Assembly: GCA_049604715.1 (NCBI GenBank)
Contig: JBMYTV010000001.1
Location: forward strand, 91,610-155,609
Length of the DNA: 64,000 nucleotides
DNA from: Patescibacteria group bacterium
Lineage (GTDB): Bacteria > Patescibacteriota > Patescibacteriia > S139-126 > S139-133
Direction: 5' to 3'
Part shown: positions 26,832-36,485 of the stretch, piece after piece
Numbering within the stretch: position 1 is the stretch's first letter
Layout: each line of letters begins with the position of its first letter
Made by a program: the position numbers and the translations under genes
The notes under the pieces: generated by a model
Told to the model about the DNA's origin: nothing
What the model saw: only the letters and a program-made list of their open reading frames with translations
Databases searched by the model: none

Positions 26832-28235
26832 ATGATATCAAGAGTATTTTTTTCCTTTTTAGCAGCCGTTATGCTGGTGACAGCTCTCCCAGTAGTTGCT
26901 GAAAGTGATCTCAATTCTGAGATTAGTGCCGAAGAAGTCGGTGAATCATCGGCAGAGGTTAATGAGGCTGATGATGAAGAAGCAATTACCGTTGATAGGC
27001 GCGGTATGCTTATTGAAATTGGTAATACAACTGCTGAGCAAACAACTATCATTGTCCGCGTAGGTGAGGGTGAAGAAGAGGAGGATGTTACATTGGAGAT
27101 TACATCTGACACTGTTTTGAATACTCAGTCAGGCACAACAGCTGACCTCTCAGATTGGATAGCTGGCGACCAAATTCGTTTTGTTGCGGAGGAATTTCAA
27201 AATAGTGAACAGTTAGTTGCTACCAAGGTGTGGAATCTATCGTTTGAGCGGAGACACAAAGGTAGAAATGGATGGATTGCTGCGATTCGTTTGGATGAAA
27301 ATGAAATGGATGTTGAGTGGGCTGACCAGATTTACACACTTGATGTTTCTGATGCTCGTATGGTTGCTGGTAATGTTAATCCAGCATCACTTGAAGACTT
27401 TGAGGTTGGCGATCGTATTCGTGCTCGTGTGACCGAGGATGGTGATGGTAATAACTTAACTTGGGATGCTGAGATTGTAGTTGTGCTTCGTAGGGGCAAT
27501 GACTTGTTTATGCGCGTGACACGTTGGGTAGTCCCTGGTGTTATTGTCGCCATGCCAAGTGATAACACAGTGCCAACAACAATAGATGTTGAAGTTCTAG
27601 ATAGTAAGTTCTATGAAGAAGGGGATGTGAACAACTTGGTTGGCGCTCCAGGAAGTATTATTCAGGTTGATATTACTGAAGATACAAAACTTGTCCGTCG
27701 TTTTCTTGGTAGAACTAATTTGGATGAGTTTAGTGAAGGTGATGTAGTTAGGGTTATTGGTAGGCGCGATGAAAACACAGGCCACCTTGTAGCAAAGGTA
27801 GTTAAGAATAACAATATACAGAGACTAGGAGTAGGTAATAAGATTGGTTCGGTTGTAGAAGTAAATGAAGAAGATGGCACTATTGTTGCTGAGCTCACAC
27901 ACGCAGATGTTGATGGTACATATACAGTAACGGTCAATGGCGATACACTGGTTATGAAACTCGGACAGGAGATTAACTTGAGTGATATTTCTGAAGGTGA
28001 TCTAATCCGCGTACGTGGTACATACCATCGTTCTGATCGCAATGTGGTCAGTAATAAAGTCAGTGTAGTTGTGAGAAGTGATGAGATAGGTGATGATGTT
28101 GTTGATGTAGATGAACTTCGTGAGCGTTTTGAAATTAGATTAGAAGAGCAAAGAGCGCGTATGCGAGATTTTCTTGATAATCGATTTGAAGCACTACGAA
28201 CTCGTATGCAAGAGCGTTTTGAATCTCGTTTTTAG
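26832..28235 (+). CDS. secreted acidic protein with four internal beta-type repeats and C-terminal coiled coil
   Basis: Signal peptide. Four ~35-aa repeats sharing the core [DE]-x-S/F-x-GD-x-[IV]R[VFA] (DWIAGDQIRFVAEE, DFEVGDRIRARVTED, EFSEGDVVRVIGRRD, DISEGDLIRVRGTYH). C-terminal ELRERFEIRLEEQRARMRDF. Confidence 0.6.
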   Translation: MISRVFFSFLAAVMLVTALPVVAESDLNSEISAEEVGESSAEVNEADDEEAITVDRRGMLIEIGNTTAEQTTIIVRVGEGEEEEDVTLEITSDTVLNTQSGTTADLSDWIAGDQIRFVAEEFQNSEQLVATKVWNLSFERRHKGRNGWIAAIRLDENEMDVEWADQIYTLDVSDARMVAGNVNPASLEDFEVGDRIRARVTEDGDGNNLTWDAEIVVVLRRGNDLFMRVTRWVVPGVIVAMPSDNTVPTTIDVEVLDSKFYEEGDVNNLVGAPGSIIQVDITEDTKLVRRFLGRTNLDEFSEGDVVRVIGRRDENTGHLVAKVVKNNNIQRLGVGNKIGSVVEVNEEDGTIVAELTHADVDGTYTVTVNGDTLVMKLGQEINLSDISEGDLIRVRGTYHRSDRNVVSNKVSVVVRSDEIGDDVVDVDELRERFEIRLEEQRARMRDFLDNRFEALRTRMQERFESRF

Positions 28236-28254
28236 GCTAATATAAACGACATAG

Positions 28255-28286
28255 TAAACCCTCGCTTTGTGAAGCGGGGGTTTTGG
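28255..28286 (+). terminator. rho-independent terminator
   Basis: ccctcgctt-tgtga-agcggggg followed by ttttggttt. Confidence 0.7.
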
Positions 28287-28318
28287 TTTATGATGAAGCT
28301 ATATGATAAAACGAAAAA

Positions 28319-29116
28319 ATGATAGGTATTTTTGATTCAGGAATAGGCGGTCTAACAGTCGCTAGCGAAATACAATACCATATGCCAGAGCACGATATAG
28401 TGTACTTAGGTGATACACTGCGTGCACCCTATGGAGATGCCTCAGTTAATGAAATTAGGCAGTACGCAAAGCAGCAGGCTAGTTGGCTCAAAGAACGTGG
28501 TGCACATGTTATTGTGACAGCTTGCCATACATTATCGACACTTGCATATGATGATATTAGTAGCGCAGCTGGTGTTCCTGTACTTGGTATGGTGAATCCG
28601 GTTATTATTTCAGCTTTGAAACATTCACGAAAAGGGAATATAGGGATTATTGCAACACAAGGAACTATCAATTCTGGTGTGTATCAGAAAAGAATTACAG
28701 CATATGCAGCAAACAGAAACCAAAATGTTGAGGTTCATCCATTAGCAACGCCAGAGCTAGTTCCTTTGATAGAAGGAAATACATTAGTAGAGACTCTTGA
28801 GGAGACGCTCGAACGTATTTTGGCGCCACTTATAAAACGAAAAATAGACACTCTAATTTTAGGGTGCACCCATTACCCGCTTATCAGGCAACATATTGAG
28901 AGGGTGGTTGGTCATAAAGTAGTAGTCATTGATCCTAGCGTGGAAATGACCAAGCAGTTGATCGACTATCTTGCCAAGCACGAGAGTTTTTCTGAAAATC
29001 TTAGTACAACTCAAAAACGCCAGTATTACTTTACTGACGTTTCGGATCATTTGAAATCTGCGTTAGCGTTTATGTTTGATGAGAGAATAAATCCACAAAA
29101 GACCGTATTACCGTAG
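28319..29116 (+). CDS. murI: glutamate racemase
   Basis: IGIFDSGIGGLTVASEI. Second active-site Cys region LGCTHYPL. 265 aa. Confidence 0.9.
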   Translation: MIGIFDSGIGGLTVASEIQYHMPEHDIVYLGDTLRAPYGDASVNEIRQYAKQQASWLKERGAHVIVTACHTLSTLAYDDISSAAGVPVLGMVNPVIISALKHSRKGNIGIIATQGTINSGVYQKRITAYAANRNQNVEVHPLATPELVPLIEGNTLVETLEETLERILAPLIKRKIDTLILGCTHYPLIRQHIERVVGHKVVVIDPSVEMTKQLIDYLAKHESFSENLSTTQKRQYYFTDVSDHLKSALAFMFDERINPQKTVLP

Positions 29117-30088
29117 TCCAATTAGTTCATGTACCTCCATAAGAGTTTTGTGCGCCCTCTCTTTAGCTGTTGCGTCACCTTCAGCTATTATGCGTTTTAC
29201 ATCAGCATCAGAAATGGTGCTTCTTTTTTCTTGTATAGGAGAAAGCATAGCATTGATTGCTTCTGCGGCAGCATCTTTGAGAGTACTGTATTGGAGTGAC
29301 CCTTCAGAATATAATTCATGTAGCTTTGTGTGTACATCATCTGCACCGCAATAGTGTAGTAGGTCAAATAAGTTCTGGACACCTTCCGACATGCCACCAT
29401 CTTTTTTATCACCTGCGTCAGTGACTGCTTTGCGTATTTTTTTGACTACAGTATCAGGGTCATCAGTAAGTGCTATGTAATTTGCCTCACCGTGACTCTT
29501 GCTCATTTTTTTACTTGGTTCAGACAAAGACATTATACGTTTTGCTTCAGTAAGGTGGCCTTCAGGTTCAACAAAAAAACCTTCTTTGTACTTGTTATTA
29601 AATTTGCGTGCAACAATTCGTGCTAGTTCAATGTGTTGTAGTTGATCATCTCCCACTGGCACAACACCTGCTTGATAAAGAAGAATGTCAGCTGCCATTA
29701 GAAGTGGGTATGTAAGTAGGCCAGCGTTGCTGCTTTTCTGCGTTGTTGATTTGTCTTTGTACTGAGTCATGCGCTCGAGCTCACTCACAGGAGTTAGTGT
29801 GTTGAAGATCCATGCAAGTTCAGCATGTTCAGATACATGTGACTGAACAAAAATAGGAGCCTTATCTGGATCAAGGCCAATAGCCAGCAAATCTTTAACT
29901 GAGTTAGTAATGTTGTTTCTTAGTTCATCAGGGTCGCGGTCTATGGTTAGCGCATGCAGGTCAACAATGCAGTACAGTGCATCGTAGTCATTTTGCGTGG
30001 CAACCCAGTTTTTGAGCGCTCCGAGATAATTACCAATATGAGGTGTTCCTGTTGGTTGGATACCAGAAAGAAGTACTTGTTTAGACAT
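29108..30088 (-). CDS. trpS: tryptophan--tRNA ligase
   Basis: SGIQPTGTPHIGNYLGA (HIGH-type). KMSKS present. 326 aa. The 3' end overlaps the murI 3' end by 9 nt (convergent). Confidence 0.95.
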   Translation of the reverse strand: MSKQVLLSGIQPTGTPHIGNYLGALKNWVATQNDYDALYCIVDLHALTIDRDPDELRNNITNSVKDLLAIGLDPDKAPIFVQSHVSEHAELAWIFNTLTPVSELERMTQYKDKSTTQKSSNAGLLTYPLLMAADILLYQAGVVPVGDDQLQHIELARIVARKFNNKYKEGFFVEPEGHLTEAKRIMSLSEPSKKMSKSHGEANYIALTDDPDTVVKKIRKAVTDAGDKKDGGMSEGVQNLFDLLHYCGADDVHTKLHELYSEGSLQYSTLKDAAAEAINAMLSPIQEKRSTISDADVKRIIAEGDATAKERAHKTLMEVHELIGLR

Positions 30089-30184
30089 ACATATTATTCA
30101 TCATTATGCTTATATAGTAGCAAAAAGCAAAGATATATGACAACTTGGCCGAAAAGTATGATGTGTTATACTAGTTATACATTT

Positions 30185-30547
30185 ATGAAGCTATTCTTAT
30201 CCATTACTATTCTAATAGCAATGTTGTTGTGCTCTTTTGGGTATCATCTCGCCGAGCATTGTATTTCAGTTACATCTGATCAGTCGGTCCTTCTCAATCA
30301 ATGTAGGGTAGATACAGTTTCTTCTTCAGTTGGATTTTTATTAGACTATCTGGCGGCTGTAAGTGTGTTACCGATTGTGTTGGGATTGGGTGCTATTGCA
30401 ACAATATTTGTAGCAATTCGAGTTCGGATCACGAATCGACTTGGGTTTAGTATACGGTTACGAAATGCATTAGAACGTTTTTATACATCCTGGCTTCGTC
30501 TTTTTGGTACTGGGGTGTACACGGCATACTACCGTATCAGTAGGTAG
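30185..30547 (+). CDS. hypothetical small membrane protein
   Basis: Internal Met MKLFLSITILIAMLL... chosen as start because the longer ORF overlaps trpS. Two or three hydrophobic segments. Confidence 0.35.
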   Translation: MKLFLSITILIAMLLCSFGYHLAEHCISVTSDQSVLLNQCRVDTVSSSVGFLLDYLAAVSVLPIVLGLGAIATIFVAIRVRITNRLGFSIRLRNALERFYTSWLRLFGTGVYTAYYRISR

Positions 30548-30581
30548 TGCTTAGGAGGATTTATTGAATTAACTTAAAAAT

Positions 30582-31361
30582 ATGTCAGAAAACAAACAGT
30601 CATTATTGGACTTTTTAGGACCAAAGAAAAGTTTTGGTTTTGGATTTTTAACAGCCATCGTGCTTGTTATTGTCGTCGGATTCTTTATGCAAGCTGGTGG
30701 CAATTTCCCAGGGTTTGGTGGTGAAAAGGTAACTACATTTGGCACCCCAACAGGTTCAACCGGAACAACCAACGATGGTGGTAGTGATACTACAGGCACA
30801 GCTGGCCAAGCAGCAGTTGAGCTGAATGATATTACTTCAGATGATCATATTCGTGGAGACCTAGAAGCAGCTCAGGTGGTATTAGTAGAATTTTCAGATT
30901 TGGACTGCCCATTTTGTACCCGTTTTCACTCAACCGTACAGCAAGTACAGGCTGAGTATGGTGATCAAGTTGCGTGGGTGTATAGACATTTTCCTTTAGA
31001 CTCACTACACCCAGAAGCACGTAGTAAAGCAGAAGCAACAGAATGTATTGCTGAGCTTGGTGGTAACGAAGTATTTTGGGCAGCAATTGACGCATTGTTT
31101 GATGATAGCCGTACCATTGCTCTAGCTCAAATGGGTGATTTGGCAGAGGAAGTTGGTGTGAGTCGTGCAGCATTTGATACGTGTATGGCAGAAGATCGTT
31201 ACGCAGACGAAGTGCAGAAAGACTACAATGATGCTGTTGCAAGCACAGGACGTGGTACGCCGCATACTATTGTTGTAACAAGAGATGGACAACGCATCCC
31301 ATTATCAGGTGCATTGCCAGTTGATCAAATTAAGAGTGTGATTGATCCGCTTTTACAATAA
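30582..31361 (+). CDS. membrane-anchored DsbA-family thiol:disulfide oxidoreductase
   Basis: N-terminal TM. Gly/Thr-rich linker. Thioredoxin-fold active site FSDLDCPFCTRFH (CPFC). 259 aa. Confidence 0.8.
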   Translation: MSENKQSLLDFLGPKKSFGFGFLTAIVLVIVVGFFMQAGGNFPGFGGEKVTTFGTPTGSTGTTNDGGSDTTGTAGQAAVELNDITSDDHIRGDLEAAQVVLVEFSDLDCPFCTRFHSTVQQVQAEYGDQVAWVYRHFPLDSLHPEARSKAEATECIAELGGNEVFWAAIDALFDDSRTIALAQMGDLAEEVGVSRAAFDTCMAEDRYADEVQKDYNDAVASTGRGTPHTIVVTRDGQRIPLSGALPVDQIKSVIDPLLQ

Positions 31362-31371
31362 GACTTTTTTA

Positions 31372-31394
31372 CAGGCCGCCTTTCAGGCGGCCTG
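31372..31394 (+). terminator. GC-rich hairpin between the dsbA-like and pilin-like genes (no clear U-tract)
   Basis: caggccgcc-tttca-ggcggcctg perfect 9-bp stem. T-run lies upstream rather than downstream. Confidence 0.35.
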
Positions 31395-31402
31395 CTAACC
31401 CT

Positions 31403-31762
31403 TTGCTTATGAAAAAAATATACACATGGATAATTGTATATCTATTTCTCCCAGGCATGGCACTCGCGCAACAGGCTGACTTTGGTACTGGTTATCTAAC
31501 CGGTGTAGGTCTTGGCACGTCGGATATTCGGCTTACTGTTGTGAATCTTATACGTGTAGGCCTTGGTATTTTGGGGGTGCTACTTTTGGTGCTTATTATT
31601 TATGGTGTTGTTGCATCAGCAGGTGGTGGGCGCGATGGTGGGGCAGAGCGGGGAAGAAAGATAATCTCAGGGGCTGTTATTGGACTTATTATTATAGTTG
31701 TAGCCTATGCGCTTACAACCTGGGTGTTTAATTCTATTTTGGAGGCTACTTTGACTGCATAA
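31403..31762 (+). CDS. candidate VirB2/TrbC-like pilin (signal peptide plus two hydrophobic helices)
   Basis: 119 aa. Signal peptide ending ALAQQ. Mature part has two ~22-aa hydrophobic helices separated by the charged Gly-rich loop GGGRDGGAERGRK. This topology is characteristic of type IV secretion/conjugative pilins. Confidence 0.4.
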   Translation: MLMKKIYTWIIVYLFLPGMALAQQADFGTGYLTGVGLGTSDIRLTVVNLIRVGLGILGVLLLVLIIYGVVASAGGGRDGGAERGRKIISGAVIGLIIIVVAYALTTWVFNSILEATLTA

Positions 31763-32081
31763 TATATTACTTTCCACAATGCACGTTTGTCACGTTTTGA
31801 TGTGGTTGGTACAGTATATACACAAAGTTCATTTGCAACCGAATAAACAATAATCCAATATAAGGATTTGGCACACTGTAGGTGAAGCACGTGATGATCA
31901 TTGACTGGTCACTACATGTTTCACCTACATCAAAAACTTCTTTCACGCGACCATACCTTCACAGCACCTTTTTCTCAGTTTTTACCACACCCGACCAAAT
32001 ACACAATGTCGCAAAACCTACCCCCCCACAAACGCCAAATCCTTTTTTTAATGGCTAAAAAATTTGCTATACTATATACAT

Positions 32082-32336
32082 ATGAAATCACCCTTTACTA
32101 TAGCAACAGCTGCTATACTCGCCTTCACGCCCGTGTTGGTGGTTGCGCAGTTATTTGAGACTAGTACACATACGTACTATATATCAGTGAGTAATGTTTC
32201 TTTACTTCAACGTGTATTTGGTATTTCTACATCACCTGAGGTGCTTATGTTTATGGCAATATTGTCTTTGATGGCATTTATTGGCTTCACATACATAGCT
32301 TTTGGTGTCATTGTTTTTTATTTATTTAGAGATTAA
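32082..32336 (+). CDS. small secreted/membrane protein
   Basis: MKSPFTIATAAILAFTPVLVVAQ signal peptide then a C-terminal hydrophobic helix. 84 aa. Confidence 0.4.
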   Translation: MKSPFTIATAAILAFTPVLVVAQLFETSTHTYYISVSNVSLLQRVFGISTSPEVLMFMAILSLMAFIGFTYIAFGVIVFYLFRD

Positions 32337-32341
32337 CTCAT

Positions 32342-33052
32342 ATGAAAGAAGCGCCGTTTACTATCAAGAAAGTGTTTTCCTATAGCTGGACAATGTATAA
32401 ACATCATATTGGCTTTTTGGTTTTGTTGATGCTCGCACTGTTTGGGGTATCAATGTTCTTTGGGTGGGTACAAGGTTTAGCAGAGGATTCACAGATGCTA
32501 TTGATGTTGATTACTGGTATTAGCTGGCTCGTTCAGATAATCATAGGTATGATTTTAATACATGTTGTTTTGCAACTGCTTGATACTCACAAGGCCAGCT
32601 TGCAGACAGCAACAGAAAGCTTTGTATCATTTTGGCGGTATTTAGGAGGTGTTTTGTTGACGTCGCTTATTGTGACTGCTGGCTTCTTTTTGCTTATTAT
32701 TCCTGGTGTATATCTAGCTATACGTCTACAGTTTGTTCAGTATTTGATTATAGATAAAAATTACAGCCCACTGGATGCGATTCAGAAAAGTTTTGAGCTC
32801 ACTCGTGGGGTTGTATTTGAACTGTTTTTGCTGGCAATTGTTTTCTTCGTGATCAACGTGGTCGGAGCAGCGCTCTTTGGTCTGGGCTTATTTGTGTCTG
32901 TCCCTCTTACACTTCTTGCAACCGCTTATGTATATCGTTTGCTTCTAGGTATGTCACCTGAACTTCCGGTCGTAGCAGAGGCTAGTATAGGGCCAGCTGT
33001 GCAGAGTCAAACCCCACCAGGGCAATTGTCTGACCATTCAGAAAATCAGTAA
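32342..33052 (+). CDS. hypothetical polytopic membrane protein
   Basis: 236 aa. About 5 TM segments, with a Pro/Gln-rich C-terminal tail. Confidence 0.55.
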   Translation: MKEAPFTIKKVFSYSWTMYKHHIGFLVLLMLALFGVSMFFGWVQGLAEDSQMLLMLITGISWLVQIIIGMILIHVVLQLLDTHKASLQTATESFVSFWRYLGGVLLTSLIVTAGFFLLIIPGVYLAIRLQFVQYLIIDKNYSPLDAIQKSFELTRGVVFELFLLAIVFFVINVVGAALFGLGLFVSVPLTLLATAYVYRLLLGMSPELPVVAEASIGPAVQSQTPPGQLSDHSENQ

Positions 33053-33066
33053 AAGGTTGTCTTGTC

Positions 33067-33702
33067 ATGGCAAATAAACTTTTTTCATTTTTGATAGTTA
33101 GTGCCACCGTAGTTTTGTTACTCGGTGGTTCTGTGTTTTTAGTTATATATGATTATCAGATTTACGAACCGCTTTACTCAGATTCTTTCAAGACAGGTAA
33201 GGGTGATCAGCAGTTTTTAACTGAGCTTGCTGTTGATTATATTAGTGGTATTGATGTGTCGCTGTTTCCGTTTGAACGAGAGGAAAAAGATCATTTAGAT
33301 GATGTTCGAGCTTTGGTTAGTACAACTGAAGTTGTTACAGTAGTTTCGTTAGTGTTGCTCATATTACTTATTCCTTATGCCTGGTTTTATAAAAAGGAAA
33401 AGAGGCGTGTACTTTGGGCAGTGTGGTATGGTAGCTTATCAGTTACAGTCCTCGCGCTTGTGGTTGTATTTGGGGCGCTTGTACAGTTTGATAATTTCTT
33501 TACTAATATTCATTATGTCTTATTTCCACAAGGTGGATGGGCATTTGGAGAAAATAGTTTACTTTTGCTCTTGTTCCCGCAAGAGTTCTTCTTCTACATG
33601 TTTGAGCGTATTGTCATGTTTATGCTAATGGGAGGTGCGCTTGTGTGGTTGGTTGTGTCTACGGTTCTTGGGCTTAATCCAGAAAAATTTCGATTGAATT
33701 GA
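33067..33702 (+). CDS. integral membrane protein, DUF1461/TIGR01906-like
   Basis: N-terminal TM. FPFEREEKDHLDDVRALV resembles the conserved hM-DV block of that family. C-terminal TM helices. 211 aa. Confidence 0.5.
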   Translation: MANKLFSFLIVSATVVLLLGGSVFLVIYDYQIYEPLYSDSFKTGKGDQQFLTELAVDYISGIDVSLFPFEREEKDHLDDVRALVSTTEVVTVVSLVLLILLIPYAWFYKKEKRRVLWAVWYGSLSVTVLALVVVFGALVQFDNFFTNIHYVLFPQGGWAFGENSLLLLLFPQEFFFYMFERIVMFMLMGGALVWLVVSTVLGLNPEKFRLN

Positions 33703-34934
33703 TTTTTATGCGTGAAAAACCTTCGCTTTGGCTTATTTTTTTTATTTCATTCCTTGACCTTCTAGGTATCAGTATAATCATACCGATATTGGCACCCATG
33801 TTTTTAGGTGACAATTCGTTTTTGCCAGCAGATGCTTCATTTGGTACTCGTACGGTTATATTGGGATTTTTATTAGCAATTTACCCGCTAGCTCAGTTTT
33901 TTAGTGCTCCACTGCTTGGGGCGTGGTCAGATAAGATAGGTAGGAAGCCAGTGCTCGCACTAGCTTTTACTGGCACTATGTGTGCGCATATTATGGTGGC
34001 GCTGGGTATTGTACTGGGTAATTTGCCCCTTTTGTTTTTCGCGCGGTTGCTTGATGGATTCACAGGAGGAAACATTTCGGTTGTGCATGCAATTACAGCT
34101 GATATTTCAAAGCAGAAACAAAGAGCAAAGAATTTTGGGTTAGTTGGTATGGCATTTGGTGCAAGTTATGTAATAGGACCCTTTTTTGGTGGAAAATTAT
34201 CTGACCCAGGTGTAGTTGAGTGGTTCACATATGCTACTCCGTTTTGGGTTGCGTCAGCTTTGTCAGCTTTGACAGTTGTGCTTACACTTACTCAACTTAG
34301 AGAAACACTACTCGAGAAAAAGAAGCAATCTGACTTTTCTTTGTTGTCAGGGCTGAAGAGTATTTATAGAGTGATGAGCAGTGCAAAAACTAAGCTTATT
34401 ATGTGGATTTTGTTCCTGCATGCAGTTGGATTTACTTTTTTTACTCTTTTTTATCAGGTTATTTTGGTGGAAAGCTTTGACTTCACCCCAAATGATATTG
34501 GTCAGTTTTTTGCTTATATTGGCGTATGGATAGTAATAACACAGGGTCTTGTTAATCCATGGGTCAGCAAGAGGCTATTGCCAAGGAATATACTGCCTTA
34601 TTCAATCATTGCTCTGGTGGTCCTGTATATACTATTATTATTTATAGAGGAAGCGTGGTTGATTTATGTGCTTGGGCCGTTTATAGCGCTGGCGCAGGGC
34701 ATGACTATACCGAGTCTGCTCGCTACTGTATCAAATAGCGTGAGTGGCGCTGAGCAGGGTGAGGTGCTAGGTGTACAGCAGTCGCTGACATCAATTGCAG
34801 TTGCACTTCCACCAGTGATAGCAGGTTTTCTAGCAATTATACACATATCACTTCCGCTTATAGCTGCGGCGATGATAACAGCGATTGGCTGGACATTATA
34901 CACATTTATTTATCGTACAAAAACTCATTTTTAA
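33699..34934 (+). CDS. MFS transporter
   Basis: 12 predicted TM segments. Motif-A-like GAWSDKIGRKPVL between TM2 and TM3. 411 aa. Confidence 0.85.
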   Translation: MIFMREKPSLWLIFFISFLDLLGISIIIPILAPMFLGDNSFLPADASFGTRTVILGFLLAIYPLAQFFSAPLLGAWSDKIGRKPVLALAFTGTMCAHIMVALGIVLGNLPLLFFARLLDGFTGGNISVVHAITADISKQKQRAKNFGLVGMAFGASYVIGPFFGGKLSDPGVVEWFTYATPFWVASALSALTVVLTLTQLRETLLEKKKQSDFSLLSGLKSIYRVMSSAKTKLIMWILFLHAVGFTFFTLFYQVILVESFDFTPNDIGQFFAYIGVWIVITQGLVNPWVSKRLLPRNILPYSIIALVVLYILLLFIEEAWLIYVLGPFIALAQGMTIPSLLATVSNSVSGAEQGEVLGVQQSLTSIAVALPPVIAGFLAIIHISLPLIAAAMITAIGWTLYTFIYRTKTHF

Positions 34935-34945
34935 CTTATTATTAT

Positions 34946-35605
34946 ATGTCTATGAAAAAAGAAAGGCTCGATGGGTTGGCTGATGGTATATTTGCCATTG
35001 TTATTACGTTACTTGTAATTGAGATTCGAGTACCTGAGCTTACTGGTATTGTTACCAACAAAGAACTTTGGCATGAGCTTGTTGAACTTTACCCATTGTT
35101 CTTAAGTTATTTACTTAGTTTCGCACTGCTATTTACTTATTGGCGAGCTCACAACTACTTAATGTCATTTTTTGCAAAAAATATTGATACACCCCTTTCA
35201 AATTTAAATGCCATTTTTTTCTTCTTTGTGGCGTTAGTCCCGTTTTCTTCTCACATGCTTGGTCGTTACAGTGATACACAGGTTGGTGTACTTATACTTG
35301 GTGGTAATACGATTTTGATTGGTCTGTCACTTATCTTGATGCGTCGTTATATCATAAAGGCAAAAACAATCGAGAATGTAGAGTTTACATCACGAAGCTT
35401 GCGTCATGGGACTATTCGTACAGTTTTTCCAACACTGTGTGCTGTTGTTGCAATAGCGCTTAGTTTTGCAAACATACAGGTAGCGCTCTTTATATTTACC
35501 ATTGCAGTATTATTCAACTTAATCCCGTACTCAGCTGATTTAGTTGATAAAATATTTTTCCGCAAAGCAATAGTTGCTGAGCAGTCAGATAATTCACCTA
35601 CATAG
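34946..35605 (+). CDS. TMEM175/DUF1211-family potassium channel-like membrane protein
   Basis: N-terminal signature RLDGLADGIFAIVITLLVIEIRVP (RxxxFSDGVFAIAITLLVLE consensus). 6 TM segments. 219 aa. Confidence 0.75.
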   Translation: MSMKKERLDGLADGIFAIVITLLVIEIRVPELTGIVTNKELWHELVELYPLFLSYLLSFALLFTYWRAHNYLMSFFAKNIDTPLSNLNAIFFFFVALVPFSSHMLGRYSDTQVGVLILGGNTILIGLSLILMRRYIIKAKTIENVEFTSRSLRHGTIRTVFPTLCAVVAIALSFANIQVALFIFTIAVLFNLIPYSADLVDKIFFRKAIVAEQSDNSPT

Positions 35606-35611
35606 TTTTTT

Positions 35612-36484
35612 ATGGCTCTTGATCCATACACAGCAGTTTGGGTTTCACACACTTCTATAAGTGATTTTTTGGCCTGTCCAAGAAGTTATTTTTTAAAAAA
35701 CGTGTATAAGGATCCAAAGACAGGGAATAAGATTCAGGTTATGTCACCACCACTGGCGCTTGGTCAGGCTGTGCATGAGGTTTTAGAGAACTTGTCAGTT
35801 GTACCAACAGATAAGCGTTTTGACACTCCGTTGATTGAGAAATTTGAGGAATCCTGGAAAAGAGTTGCCGGCAAAAAGGGTGGTTTTTGGGATAAGGACA
35901 CTGAGCATAGGTATAAGCAACGTGGCATTGATATGATCAAAAGGGTTCAGGCACATCCGGGTGTTTTGGCAAAAAAGGCAGTAAAGATTAACATGGATTT
36001 GCCGCATTTTTGGCTTTCAGAAGAAGAGGAGATTATTTTGTGCGGCAAGATTGATTGGCTCGAATACAATGAAGAAAATGATTCAGTGCATATTGTAGAC
36101 TTCAAAACAGGGAAATCAAGACAAACTCAAGAGTCACTGCAGCTTCCAATATATATGCTACTAGTAAATGAGTGTCAAAAAAGAGAAGTTGAAGCTATTA
36201 GTTATTGGTATCTTGAGTCAGCTGACGAGCCAGAAACACAGCCTTTGCCAGATCCGGATCAGTCACGCAAGAAAGTTCTTGATATTGCACGGCGCGTGAA
36301 AGTCGCCAGAAAGCTAGAAAAGTTTGATTGTCCGCATAATGGATGCTCAAACTGTGCGCAGTACGAGGCTGTATTGAGAGGAGAAGGGGAGCATGTTGGG
36401 GTGAATGCATTTCGCCAGGACGTATACATTGTGAAGCCAAAAGCAAAATTATCAGACAGTGAGGAGGATAGTCGGATATTATAA
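35612..36484 (+). CDS. PD-(D/E)XK nuclease with Cas4/AddB-like Cys cluster
   Basis: Motifs GKIDWLE, IVDFKTGK (D..E-K core) and QLPIYM (Q-h-x-x-Y). Cys22 plus C-terminal CPHNGCSNC gives the 1+3 Cys arrangement of Fe-S nuclease domains. 290 aa. Confidence 0.7.
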   Translation: MALDPYTAVWVSHTSISDFLACPRSYFLKNVYKDPKTGNKIQVMSPPLALGQAVHEVLENLSVVPTDKRFDTPLIEKFEESWKRVAGKKGGFWDKDTEHRYKQRGIDMIKRVQAHPGVLAKKAVKINMDLPHFWLSEEEEIILCGKIDWLEYNEENDSVHIVDFKTGKSRQTQESLQLPIYMLLVNECQKREVEAISYWYLESADEPETQPLPDPDQSRKKVLDIARRVKVARKLEKFDCPHNGCSNCAQYEAVLRGEGEHVGVNAFRQDVYIVKPKAKLSDSEEDSRIL

Positions 36485-36485
36485 C

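Noticed and set aside
26819-27112. 97-aa Ser-rich minus-strand ORF
   Set aside because: Antisense to the acidic secreted repeat-protein gene. Mirror-image low complexity.
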